From assembly GCA_033722135.1 (NCBI GenBank), contig JAWVZO010000002.1:1-43982 (forward strand): a stretch of 43,982 nucleotides of DNA, in the 5' to 3' direction. The position numbers were made by a program, and so were the translations under genes. Under the pieces are notes generated by a model. It searched no databases. It worked only from the letters and a program-made list of their open reading frames with translations, and was not told where the DNA came from. Shown piece by piece: positions 17,917-30,420 of this stretch. Origin of the DNA: Gammaproteobacteria bacterium. GTDB taxonomy: Bacteria; Pseudomonadota; Gammaproteobacteria; QNFN01. Positions within the stretch are counted from its first letter, which is position 1, and every line of letters starts with the position of its first letter.

Positions 17917-19262
17917 ACCGCATCCTGGTCATCGAGGACGAACACGTGATCCGCAACGCGCTCTGCCGCCTGCTCGAGCGCAACGGCTACCACGCGGGCG
18001 AGGCCGGGAGCATCGACGAGGCCGCGCCGCTGCTGGCCCATCAGGAGTTCGACCTGGTGATCGCCGACCTGCGCCTGCCGGGCGCCCCGGGCACCGACGT
18101 GATTCCGCTGGCCGACGGCATCCCGGTGCTGGTGATGACCAGCTACGCCAGCGTCCGCTCGGCGGTCGATTCCATGAAGCTCGGCGCCTGCGACTACATC
18201 GCCAAGCCGTTCGATCACGATGAGATGCTGCTGCTGGTCGAGCGGACGCTGGCACGCAGCCGCCTCGAGCGGCAGAAGAACGCGCTGAAGTCCGACATGG
18301 AGCGCAGCTACCCGGTCACCGGGATGGTCGGCAACTGCCCTGCCATGCGCGAGGCGTTCGAACGGATCCGCCGGGTCGCCCCGACCGACACCACGGTGCT
18401 GATCCTCGGCGAATCGGGCACGGGCAAGGAACTCGCGGCCCGGGCCGTGCACGAGAACAGCGTGCGCAGCGACGCGCCGATCATCACCGTGAACTGCGCC
18501 GCGATCCCCGAGGGGCTGATCGAATCCGAGCTCTTCGGTCACGAGAAGGGCGCCTTTACCGGGGCCGTCGAGGCGCGTCAGGGGCTGATCGAGAAAGCCG
18601 ACGGAGGAACGCTGTTCCTCGACGAGATCGGCGAGCTCTCCCTGCCGACCCAGGCGCGCCTCCTCCGGGTCCTGCAGCAGGGCGAGATCCGGCGCGTGGG
18701 CGCGGATCACGACCGCAACGTCGACATCAGGCTCGTGGCCGCGACCCATCGCGACCTCCGCCAGCTGGTCGAGGCGCAGCAGTTCCGCGAGGACCTCTAC
18801 TTCCGGCTGCGCGTCATGGAGATCCTTCTCCCGCCCCTGAGGGAACGGGGCGAGGACGTCGACGCCCTCGCCGACTTCCTGCTGGCGAAGACCTGCGGCC
18901 GGCTCAACCGCCCGACGCTCGAGTTCGCCGACGACGCGCGCGCGGCGATCCGGAGCTATGCCTGGCCCGGGAACATCCGCGAGATGGAGAACGCCATCGA
19001 GCGCGCAGTGATCCTCAGCGACGGCGCGACCCTGCACGCCACGGACCTCGCCCTCGGCCCGGCACCGTCGCGTGCCGCGCCCGTGCCGATGCCAGCGGCG
19101 GAGCCGGGCAACGACCAGTCGCTCGAGGCCTACTTCCGCAGCTTCGTGCTCGAGAACCAGGACGAGATGACCGAAACCGAACTGGCAAAACGGCTCGGTA
19201 TCAGCCGCAAGGCGCTCTGGGAGCGCCGGCAACGGTTCGACCTCCCCCGGCCCAAGCGGTGA
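17913..19262 (+). CDS. cbrB: Sigma-54-dependent response regulator (NtrC family; CbrB-like)
   Basis: Receiver domain (DLVIADLRLPG), AAA+ Walker A GESGTGKE, the sigma-54 contact loop EKGAFTGA and a C-terminal HTH (ELAKRLGISRKALWERR). The TTG start overlaps the kinase stop (TTGA), with GAGGAG upstream. Confidence 0.9.
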   Translation: MNRILVIEDEHVIRNALCRLLERNGYHAGEAGSIDEAAPLLAHQEFDLVIADLRLPGAPGTDVIPLADGIPVLVMTSYASVRSAVDSMKLGACDYIAKPFDHDEMLLLVERTLARSRLERQKNALKSDMERSYPVTGMVGNCPAMREAFERIRRVAPTDTTVLILGESGTGKELAARAVHENSVRSDAPIITVNCAAIPEGLIESELFGHEKGAFTGAVEARQGLIEKADGGTLFLDEIGELSLPTQARLLRVLQQGEIRRVGADHDRNVDIRLVAATHRDLRQLVEAQQFREDLYFRLRVMEILLPPLRERGEDVDALADFLLAKTCGRLNRPTLEFADDARAAIRSYAWPGNIREMENAIERAVILSDGATLHATDLALGPAPSRAAPVPMPAAEPGNDQSLEAYFRSFVLENQDEMTETELAKRLGISRKALWERRQRFDLPRPKR

Positions 19263-19301
19263 CCGCTTCCCATCGCGAACCATATTCCTTAGTATATATT
19301 T

Positions 19302-19330
19302 ATGAGCCCATAACGAATTATTTGGCTCAT
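19302..19330. repeat. 7-bp inverted repeat ATGAGCC-N15-GGCTCAT inside an AT-rich island upstream of acs
   Basis: Direct reading of 19281..19330 (catattccttagtatatatttatgagcccataacgaattatttggctcat). The region is strikingly AT-rich compared with its surroundings. Confidence 0.7.
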
Positions 19331-19474
19331 CGTCGGCGGCTTCCCCCGCCTGACGGCGGCTAACTGCATGTTATGGTTACTGTCCGCCCGCACCGACCCA
19401 GTGTTGCGAAGAGAATCAGAACCGGTCCCGCCCACGGCACGGACCGCACGTACGAACCCATGGGAGATTGACTG

Positions 19475-21412
<1,938 letters not shown>

Positions 21413-21424
21413 TCACGGCCATCA

Positions 21425-21460
21425 AGCCCGCCCGCCGGACCCGGCGGGCGGGCTTTTTTT
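21425..21460 (+). terminator. Rho-independent terminator of acs
   Basis: Perfect GC stem AGCCCGCCCGCCGG / CCGGCGGGCGGGCT followed by TTTTTTT, 13 nt after the acs stop. Confidence 0.85.
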
Positions 21461-21585
21461 GTCTCTTCGGACACCCCCGGGGAGGGCCCTGCCGCGATGG
21501 ACGAATCCGGTCGCGGAGCCCGGCAACGCCCGGCGCCCCCGCCCTCACGGGCCTGCCGATCTTCCTATACTGGGACGCGGGGAGG

Positions 21586-21614
21586 GTTGAATCACGCGCC
21601 GACGTCGCCATCTA
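21586..21614 (+). promoter_or_regulatory. Sigma-32 (heat-shock)-like promoter upstream of the Lon paralog
   Basis: GTTGAAT-N13-CGCCATCTA compared with the proteobacterial sigma-32 consensus CTTGAAA-N13-15-CCCCATnTA. It lies about 60 nt upstream of the ATG at 21675. Confidence 0.4.
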
Positions 21615-21674
21615 CGTCGGAAGCTGCCCTATTTCGATTCCCCCTGCAGCCACCACCCCGACCCGAGGAGAGGA

Positions 21675-24074
21675 ATGAACGAGAACGACGCCATCGAGTC
21701 CGAGGTCCTGCAGAGGGACGACGGTGACGCACCTCACACCGGCGAGATCGCCATCGCCAACGACATCCTGCCGAGCGCGCTCCACCTGCTGCCGCTGACC
21801 GAGCGCCCGTTCTTCCCCGCGCAGGCCCTGCCCCTGTTGATGAACGAGGAGCCCTGGCTCGAGACGGTCGAACAGGTGGGCGAGGCGCCGCAGCACGCCG
21901 TCGGTCTGGTGATGACCCGGGCCGAGGACGCGGAGAAGTCCCAGCCGAATGACTTCCACCCCGTGGGTACGGTGGTGCGCATGCACCAGCCGATGCGCCA
22001 CAGCGGCAAGATCCAGTTCATCGCCGACGGGGTCCGCCGCTTCCGCATCGTCCGCTGGCTGCAACCCGAGCCTCCCTACCTGGCCCAGGTCGAATACCTC
22101 GACGAGATCGTCGCGGGCAACGACGCCGAGCTGCGCGCCTACGCCATGGCCCTGATCAGCGCGATCAAGGAGCTGTTGCCGCTCAACCCGCTCTACAGCG
22201 AAGAGCTCAAGAACTTCGTCAACCGGTTCAGCCCCAACGAGCCCTCGGCGCTTTCCGACTTCGCCGCGACACTGACCAGCGCCGACAAGGAGGAGCTGCA
22301 GTCGGTCCTCGAGACCCTCGACGTTCGGCGACGCATGGAGAAGGTGCTGGTCCTGATCCGCAAGGAGATCGAGGTCGCCCGGCTGCAGGCCAAGATCAGC
22401 CGTACGGTCGAGGAGAAGATGACCGAGCAGCAGCGCCAGTTCTTCCTGCGCGAGCAGCTCAAGGTGATCCAGAAGGAGCTCGGCATCGCCAAGGACGACC
22501 GGACCGCGGACATCGACCGCTTCAACGAGCGCCTCGAAGGATTGAGCCTCCCGGAGAAGCCGAAGGAACGGATCGAGGAGGAACTCGAGAAACTGTCGGT
22601 CCTCGAGTCGGGCTCACCCGAGTACGCGGTGACACGCAACTACCTCGACATTCTCACCTCGCTGCCCTGGGGCGTCTACTCGGACGACAAGCTCGACCTC
22701 GAGGAGGCCCGCGAGATCCTCGACCGCGATCACGACAGCCTCGAGGACGTCAAGGATCGCATCATCGAGTTCCTCGCCGTCGGCGCGATGAAGAAGACCA
22801 TCAGCGGCTCGATCCTGCTGCTGGTCGGCCCGCCGGGTGTCGGCAAGACCTCGATCGGGCACTCGATCGCCGACGCGCTGGGCCGCAAGTTCTACCGCTT
22901 CAGCCTCGGGGGCATGCGCGACGAGGCGGAGATCAAGGGCCACCGCCGCACCTACATCGGCGCGATGCCGGGCAAGTTCATCCAGGCGATCAAGGACGTC
23001 GGTGTCGCCAACCCGTTGATCATGCTCGACGAGATCGACAAGGTCGGCGCGTCCTACCAGGGCGATCCGGCATCGGCGCTGCTCGAAGTGCTCGATCCCG
23101 AGCAGAACAGCGAGTTCCTCGACCACTACCTCGACGTCCGCTTCGACCTCTCAAAGGTCCTGTTCGTCTGCACCGCGAACCAGCTCGACACCATCCCCGG
23201 TCCGCTGCTCGATCGCATGGAGACGATCCGCCTCGGCGGCTACATCACCGCGGAGAAGCTGGCCATCGCGCGCAACCATCTCTGGCCGAAGCAGCTCGAG
23301 CGGATGGGCGTGAAGCGCAGCAAGCTGAAGATCACCGATGCGGCGATCCGCAAGGTGATCGACGGCTACGCACGCGAAGCCGGCGTGCGCAACCTGGAGA
23401 AGCGGCTCGGAGCGATCATCCGCAAGGCCGTGGTGCGCATGGTCGGCGGCGAGAAAAAGACCATCCGCATCGGCCAGCAGTCGGTCGAGGAGTACCTGGG
23501 CCGCCCGCCGTTCCGCCCCGAGCGCCCGATGGGCGGGGTCGGCATCGTCACCGGCCTCGCTTGGACACCGTTCGGCGGCGCCACGCTCAACGTCGAGGCG
23601 AACCGGGTCCATTCGCGACACCGCGGGTTCAAGCTCACCGGCAAGCTCGGCGAGGTCATGCGCGAGTCGGCCGACATCGCCCACAGCTACGTCGCCGCGC
23701 ACCTGGAGGCGCTGGGCGCGCCGGCCGACTACCTCGACGAGGCCTTCATCCATCTGCACGTCCCCGAGGGAGCGACGCCGAAGGACGGCCCGAGCGCGGG
23801 CGTCACCATGGCCACCGCCCTGGTCTCGCTGGCGCGCCGGCGCCGGCCGCGCCCTGTCGCGATGACCGGCGAGCTGACCCTGACCGGGCGAGTGCTCGCC
23901 GTCGGCGGCATCCGCGAGAAGGTGATCGCCGCGCGGCGCAGCAGGATCAGGGAGCTGATCCTGCCCGAGGCGAACCGCGGCGACTACGAGGAGCTGCCCG
24001 ACCACATCCGGGAGGGGCTCGTGGTCAACTTCGCCTCGCGCTACGACGAGGTGGCCGAGGTGGCCTTCGACTGA
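21675..24074 (+). CDS. ATP-dependent Lon protease, second LonA-type paralog (799 aa)
   Basis: LON N-domain ([13 protein letters not shown]), AAA+ Walker [13 protein letters not shown], Walker B IMLDEIDK, and the S16 catalytic Ser ([11 protein letters not shown]) with Lys in GGIREK. It is distinct from the canonical lon at the window end. Strong RBS GAGGAGAGG. Confidence 0.93.
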   Translation: MNENDAIESEVLQRDDGDAPHTGEIAIANDILPSALHLLPLTERPFFPAQALPLLMNEEPWLETVEQVGEAPQHAVGLVMTRAEDAEKSQPNDFHPVGTVVRMHQPMRHSGKIQFIADGVRRFRIVRWLQPEPPYLAQVEYLDEIVAGNDAELRAYAMALISAIKELLPLNPLYSEELKNFVNRFSPNEPSALSDFAATLTSADKEELQSVLETLDVRRRMEKVLVLIRKEIEVARLQAKISRTVEEKMTEQQRQFFLREQLKVIQKELGIAKDDRTADIDRFNERLEGLSLPEKPKERIEEELEKLSVLESGSPEYAVTRNYLDILTSLPWGVYSDDKLDLEEAREILDRDHDSLEDVKDRIIEFLAVGAMKKTISGSILLLVGPPGVGKTSIGHSIADALGRKFYRFSLGGMRDEAEIKGHRRTYIGAMPGKFIQAIKDVGVANPLIMLDEIDKVGASYQGDPASALLEVLDPEQNSEFLDHYLDVRFDLSKVLFVCTANQLDTIPGPLLDRMETIRLGGYITAEKLAIARNHLWPKQLERMGVKRSKLKITDAAIRKVIDGYAREAGVRNLEKRLGAIIRKAVVRMVGGEKKTIRIGQQSVEEYLGRPPFRPERPMGGVGIVTGLAWTPFGGATLNVEANRVHSRHRGFKLTGKLGEVMRESADIAHSYVAAHLEALGAPADYLDEAFIHLHVPEGATPKDGPSAGVTMATALVSLARRRRPRPVAMTGELTLTGRVLAVGGIREKVIAARRSRIRELILPEANRGDYEELPDHIREGLVVNFASRYDEVAEVAFD

Positions 24075-24080
24075 AACCGG

Positions 24081-24098
24081 CCCGGGGCTCGCCCCGGG
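24081..24098. terminator. Hairpin between convergent lon-paralog and hemH (possible bidirectional terminator)
   Basis: CCCGGGG-ctcg-CCCCGGG, followed by TTT on the + strand and flanked by AAA on the other side. Confidence 0.45.
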
Positions 24099-24156
24099 TT
24101 TCCCTTGCAGTGGATTTGTCGCGTGCCTGGCGAGCCGTTCCGGGACGACCAGAGGG

Positions 24157-25161
24157 CTACCAGCCCGAGACGTGCCGCTCGACCAGCCCGGCGAGCGCCT
24201 CGACGTGGTCGGGCCGCGTGTTGAGTGCCGGGATGTAGTGGTAGGTCCGTCCGCCAGCGGTCAGGAACACCCGCTTGTTCTCGACGGCGATCTCCTCCAG
24301 CGTCTCGAGGCAGTCGGCCGAGAACCCCGGGCAGATCACCTGCACGTGCCCGACGCCCTCCCGGCCCCACGCCTCGAGCGTCTCGTCGACGTAGGGCTGC
24401 AGCCACGGTTCGCGGCCGAACCGCGACTGGAACGCCAGCTGCCACGCCTCCTCTTCCAGCCCGAGTTCCGCGGCGAGCGCCGCGGCCGTGGCCCTGCACT
24501 GCTCGGCGTAGGCATCGCCCTCGTCGGCAAAGCGCTGGGGAATGCCGTGCAGCGAGACCAGCAACCGGTCGGGACGGCCGTGCTCGGCCCACGCCTCGCG
24601 CACGGTCGCGGCGAGCGCGGCGATGTAGGCCGGCTCCACGTGGTAGTCACGGACGAAACGCAGTTCCGGGCACCAGCGGACCGACTTGAGCGCATCGGCG
24701 ACGGCGTCGAGGGTGCTCGCGGTGGTCGACGACGAGTACTGCGGATAGAGCGGGAACACCAGCACCCGTTCGCAGCCCGCCTCGTGCAGCCGGCGCAGCG
24801 CCCCGGCGATGTCCGGTTCGCCGTAGCGCATCGCCAACTCGAGAACGGTACGGCCCGGCATCCGTCTTTCGAGCGCCTCGCGCAGCGCCGTGGCCTGGTG
24901 GCAGCTGGTCGCGAGCAGCGGCGAGCCCTCCTCGCTCCAGACCGAGGCGTAGGCGCGGGCCACGCGACCGGGACGGATGCGGAGGATGACGCCGTGCAGG
25001 ATCAGCCACCAGAGCGGCCGGGGAAGGTCGACGACCCGCGGGTCCCAGAGGAATTCGGCGAGGAAGCGCCGCACGGCGGACGGCGTGGGTTGGGTCGGCG
25101 AGCCGAGGTTCGCGACCAGGATGCCGATCCTGTCCGAAGATGAGGCGCCCGCGGAACTCAT
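24157..25161 (-). CDS. hemH: Ferrochelatase
   Basis: N-terminal GILVANLGSPTQPTPSAVRRFLAEFLWDPRVV and later conserved blocks (YPQYS, SLHGIP). Adjacent to adk as in E. coli. Confidence 0.93.
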   Translation of the reverse strand: MSSAGASSSDRIGILVANLGSPTQPTPSAVRRFLAEFLWDPRVVDLPRPLWWLILHGVILRIRPGRVARAYASVWSEEGSPLLATSCHQATALREALERRMPGRTVLELAMRYGEPDIAGALRRLHEAGCERVLVFPLYPQYSSSTTASTLDAVADALKSVRWCPELRFVRDYHVEPAYIAALAATVREAWAEHGRPDRLLVSLHGIPQRFADEGDAYAEQCRATAAALAAELGLEEEAWQLAFQSRFGREPWLQPYVDETLEAWGREGVGHVQVICPGFSADCLETLEEIAVENKRVFLTAGGRTYHYIPALNTRPDHVEALAGLVERHVSGW

Positions 25162-25257
25162 CTACGGAGACGGGCCGTCATGCGGCGCGCGGCACGATCC
25201 CGGATCGGCCAGGGAAGCAAGGCAGGGTAGCCGGGACACCGCGGCGGCGGATCGCGC

Positions 25258-26796
<1,539 letters not shown>

Positions 26797-26832
26797 CGAA
26801 CCCGCGCGCGTGGACCGCTGTCTGACCCGGGG

Positions 26833-27969
26833 ATGACCATCCGCATCCTCGAGAGCCTGGCGTCGGTGCCGGCAGCCGAGTGGGACCGTCTCGGCGGTAC
26901 GCGCGATCCGTTCGTGAGCCACGCGTTCCTCGCCGCACTGGAAGAGCACGGCTGCCTGGAACCCTACGGCTGGATCCCGCGCCACGTCGTCCTGGAAGAC
27001 GCGCAGGGCGGGCTCCTCGGCGCGGTGCCGTTCTACCTCAAGGACAACTCTTACGGGGAGTTCGTCTTCGACTGGGACTGGGCTGACGCCTACCGGCACG
27101 CCGGCCTCGCCTACTACCCGAAAGGGGTCGTCGGCGTGCCCTACACGCCCGCCACCGGGCCCCGCCTGCTGCTCGCCGACCCGGGTGACGACGACGCGGC
27201 GGCGCGGCTGATCGATGCGGTGCACCGGATGGCCGGCGAGCTGCAGCTCTCGTCGGTGCACTGGAACTTCCTCGAGACGGCCGACAGCGACCGGCTCGAG
27301 GTCCACGGCCTGCTCGCCCGCCGTGGCTGGCAGTACCACTGGCAGCACCGTGGCGAGCGCGACTTCGACGAACTGCTGATGGCCTTCACCCGGGACAAAC
27401 GCAAGAAGATCCGCCAGGAGCGCCGGCGGGCCGCCGCCTCCGGTCTCCGCTTCGAGACCGTGCCCGGCGACCGGGTCGACGCCGGGACATGGGACGCTTT
27501 CCACACGCTCTACCTGCAGCTGTTCGAGCGCAAGTGGGGCGTCCCGACCCTCTCGCGCGGCTTCTTCGCCGAGCTCGGCCGGCGCCTCGGCCCGCGGGTG
27601 ATCCTCGAGCTGGCCCGCGCGCGGCACGGCGAGGTGATCGCCGCCGCCCTCTTCCTGCGTGGCGAGCACACCCTGTTCGGCCGGCACTGGGGCTGCCGGC
27701 ACCACGTGGACGGCCTGCATTTCGAACTCTGCTACTACCGGGGACTCGAGTACTGCCTGGCGCACGGCCTGGCCCGGTTCGAGCCCGGGGCCCAGGGGGA
27801 GTACAAGATCGCCCGGGGGTTCCTGCCCACGCTGACCCGCTCCGCGCACTGGATCGCCGACCCGCGTTTCCGCGCCGCCCTTGGCGACCACCTCGCGCGG
27901 GAGACGCGCCAGGTGCAGCGGAGCGTCGCCGCGCTCCGTGCGCACTCCCCCTACCGTACGCCCGGCTAG
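26833..27969 (+). CDS. FemAB-like / DUF482 family (GNAT-fold) protein
   Basis: Family-typical blocks WDRL...DPFVSHAFLAALEEHGC, PFYLKDNSYGEFVFDWDWADAY and YYPKGVVGVPYTPATGPRLL. Confidence 0.75.
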   Translation: MTIRILESLASVPAAEWDRLGGTRDPFVSHAFLAALEEHGCLEPYGWIPRHVVLEDAQGGLLGAVPFYLKDNSYGEFVFDWDWADAYRHAGLAYYPKGVVGVPYTPATGPRLLLADPGDDDAAARLIDAVHRMAGELQLSSVHWNFLETADSDRLEVHGLLARRGWQYHWQHRGERDFDELLMAFTRDKRKKIRQERRRAAASGLRFETVPGDRVDAGTWDAFHTLYLQLFERKWGVPTLSRGFFAELGRRLGPRVILELARARHGEVIAAALFLRGEHTLFGRHWGCRHHVDGLHFELCYYRGLEYCLAHGLARFEPGAQGEYKIARGFLPTLTRSAHWIADPRFRAALGDHLARETRQVQRSVAALRAHSPYRTPG

Positions 27970-28059
27970 GCCCGTCCTCCCTACCCATCCCGCGAGCCCC
28001 TCGCGTATGCTGGGCCGGTGACGGGCACGGACCGCGCACCGCGCGCTGCGGGAAACTGG

Positions 28060-29586
28060 ATGTACCTCAAGCACTTCGGGCTCGAACACAAGCCGTTCAC
28101 GATCGCTCCGGACCCGCGTTTCCTGTTCCTGAGCGAGCGTTACCGGGAGGCGTTTGCCCACCTCCTCTACGGCCTGGGCGAAGGCGGCGGCTTCGTGCTG
28201 CTCACCGGCGAGGTCGGCACTGGCAAGACCACCCTGTGCCGCGCGCTGCTGGACCAACTTCCCGACGACGTGGACGCCGCGCTGCTGATCAACCCCCGGC
28301 TCGAGGCGGCGGAACTGCTCGCCGCCGTCTGCGACGAGCTCGGCCTCGAGCACCCGCCCGGGACGGCGAGCAAGCCCCTCCTCGACAGGCTCAACCGCCA
28401 TCTCCTCGAGGCCCACGCGGCGGGACGGCGGACGGTGCTGATCATCGACGAGGCCCAGCTGCTAGGGGTCGACGCCCTCGAATCGGTGCGCCTGCTGACC
28501 AACCTGGAGACCCCGAGCGAGAAGCTGCTGCGCCTGATTCTCGTCGGCCAGCCGGAGCTGCGCGGCCAGCTGGCCCGCCCGGAACTGCGCCAGCTCGCCC
28601 AGCGGATCACCGCCCGCTACCACCTGGAGCCGCTGGACCGGCGGGAGGTCGAGGCCTACATCGACCATCGCCTGCGGCTGGCGGGCGACGCCGGCGGCCT
28701 GTTCACCCGCGCCGCGAAGGCGCGCATCCACCGGGCCACCGGGGGAATCCCGAGGCTCGTCAACAGCGTCTGCGACCGCGCGCTGCTCGGCGCCTACGCG
28801 ACGGACGCGCGCCGCGTGGACGGACGGCTCGCGGCCCGTGCGGCAGCCGAGGTCACCGGCGGCGGAGCCTCCGCACCACTCCGCCTGGCCTGGTCGGCCG
28901 TTCCCCTGGTGGCCGGCGTCGGCCTGGCGGGCTGGATTTTTGCTCACCAGCCGGTTGCAACCGCTCCCCTTCAGCTCCCCGCGATGACGGTGATACCGGG
29001 CGTGGAGGCGCGTGCCGCACCTTCCGTGGAGCCTGCCCGGGAGGCCGCCGTCACCGAAGTTCGTGAGACCGGGGCCCGGCCGGTCGACGACCCGCTGCGC
29101 GGGGCACTCTTCGACGAGCGCACCAGCGCGCTCGAACGGCTCGCGAGTCTCTGGAGCACGAACGGTGTCGACGCCGTCAGCCCCGATTGCCGGGTCGTCC
29201 CGCAACAAGGCCTCGGCTGCTTCGACGGGCAGGGGGCGTGGGCCGCGCTCCGCGCGCTCGATCGCCCGGCCGTCCTCGCCCTGGAAACCGCAGAGGGTGA
29301 CGCCCGTGCTCGCTACGCCGTCGTGGCGTCCGCGGACGCGATGACCGCCGAGCTGCTCGCCCCGGATGGCTCGCGCCACCGGGTGCCGCGCGAGTCGCTG
29401 CAGGACGCCTGGTTCGGCCGCTTCACGCTGCTATGGGAATCCCCCGGCGTCGCGCTGCTACGGCCCGGCGACCGCGGGCCGGCGGCGGCCTGGCTGCGCG
29501 CACGGCTCGGCGAGCCGGACGCCGGGACCGGCGTGCCGGCGCGTTTCGATCCCGCGCTCGAGGCGCGGGTGCTCGCGTTCCAGTAG
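28060..29586 (+). CDS. gspA: ExeA/GspA-type AAA ATPase with TM segment and periplasmic region; ORF ends at a TAG inside the peptidoglycan-binding domain
   Basis: MYLKHFGLEHKPFTIAPDPRFLF..., Walker A LLTGEVGTGKTT, Walker B VLIIDEAQ, and the TM segment AVPLVAGVGLAGWIFA. The C-terminus ...ALEARVLAFQ is followed by TAG. Confidence 0.85.
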   Translation: MYLKHFGLEHKPFTIAPDPRFLFLSERYREAFAHLLYGLGEGGGFVLLTGEVGTGKTTLCRALLDQLPDDVDAALLINPRLEAAELLAAVCDELGLEHPPGTASKPLLDRLNRHLLEAHAAGRRTVLIIDEAQLLGVDALESVRLLTNLETPSEKLLRLILVGQPELRGQLARPELRQLAQRITARYHLEPLDRREVEAYIDHRLRLAGDAGGLFTRAAKARIHRATGGIPRLVNSVCDRALLGAYATDARRVDGRLAARAAAEVTGGGASAPLRLAWSAVPLVAGVGLAGWIFAHQPVATAPLQLPAMTVIPGVEARAAPSVEPAREAAVTEVRETGARPVDDPLRGALFDERTSALERLASLWSTNGVDAVSPDCRVVPQQGLGCFDGQGAWAALRALDRPAVLALETAEGDARARYAVVASADAMTAELLAPDGSRHRVPRESLQDAWFGRFTLLWESPGVALLRPGDRGPAAAWLRARLGEPDAGTGVPARFDPALEARVLAFQ

Positions 29587-29688
29587 GCGAACGGTCTCGT
29601 GCCGGACGGGCTGGTCGGTCCGCGCACCATGGTCCAGCTCGATCTGCTCTCCGGCCCCGGGCCCAGGCTGTCGAAAGCGGACGACTGA
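29587..29688 (+). pseudogene. In-frame continuation of gspA after the TAG, encoding the second half of a PG_binding_1 domain
   Basis: The same frame reads ANGLVPDGLVGPRTMVQLDLL... up to TGA at 29686-29688. Joined with the upstream AFQ it forms the canonical FQxxxGLxxDGxxGxxT signature. Confidence 0.7.
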
Positions 29689-29692
29689 GCCG

Positions 29693-30379
29693 ATGTCCTA
29701 CATCCTCGACGCCCTCCGGCGGGCCGACGACGAACGCCGCCGACACCCCCTCCGCACCCCGGCGTTCGTCCCGGGCGACGATCTCGCCCCGCGCGCCGGA
29801 CCGCCGCGACGCAAATTGCCGTACCTGCTCCTGGCGGTCGCCGCACTGCTGGGTGCGGTCACCTGGTGGCTTATCGCGACCCCGGCGCCGGACCGCGAGA
29901 CGCGCCCCGCGACCGCGCTCCCTACGCCACCCGCCGCGGTGATCCTGGACGCGCCGTCCGCCGTCGCGAACCTGCCCCCGACGGGCGATCGCGCGTCATC
30001 GGACCGGTTGCCGGACGCGCCACGGGAGGCCGCGGGTCGCGCGATCGCCGCCGTCGGGCTCGACGGGGGGCCCGCGGCTCCGGCCGAGGAGACGTCCGGG
30101 GCGCAACCGCCTCACGACCCGGCGCACGCCGAAGGGGAACCTACCGACCCGGCCGTGCCCTGGCACGCGCTGTCGCCGGAGCAGCGCGAAGGCCTGACCC
30201 GTCCACGGCTCGACGTCCACGTCTACGCCGACGTTCCGGAAAAGCGGTTCGTGATGATCGGCATGCGCAGGTTCCGGGAAGGGGACCGGCTCGGGGACGG
30301 CGCGCTGCTCGAACGGATCGACGCCGAGGGGATCGTCCTGGTCCACGGCGACCTCCGTTACGCGGTGCCCCGGCGCTGA
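29693..30379 (+). CDS. gspB: ExeB/GspB-like general secretion pathway protein B
   Basis: MSYILDALRRADDERRR N-terminus, a single TM (LPYLLLAVAALLGAVTWWLI), a Pro/Ala-rich linker and a C-terminal T2SS-B-like block (LDVHVYADVPEKRFVMIGMRRFREGDRL). Immediately downstream of gspA. Confidence 0.8.
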   Translation: MSYILDALRRADDERRRHPLRTPAFVPGDDLAPRAGPPRRKLPYLLLAVAALLGAVTWWLIATPAPDRETRPATALPTPPAAVILDAPSAVANLPPTGDRASSDRLPDAPREAAGRAIAAVGLDGGPAAPAEETSGAQPPHDPAHAEGEPTDPAVPWHALSPEQREGLTRPRLDVHVYADVPEKRFVMIGMRRFREGDRLGDGALLERIDAEGIVLVHGDLRYAVPRR

Positions 30380-30420
30380 CCGCGCGAAAGGTATACTGCG
30401 CGCCCCCGAAGGATCACGAG

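Noticed and set aside
19434-19450. GGCACGGACCGCACG just upstream of acs, which looks like a sigma-54 -24/-12 element.
   Set aside because: The GG-to-GC spacing is 8 nt rather than the required 10 nt. The element would also sit only about 25 nt from the ATG, overlapping the RBS region.
19263-19474. Possible crcZ-like sRNA downstream of cbrB.
   Set aside because: The spacer is only 212 bp, compared with about 400 nt for CrcZ. It has no repeated A-rich AAnAAnAA motifs and no terminator before the acs start.
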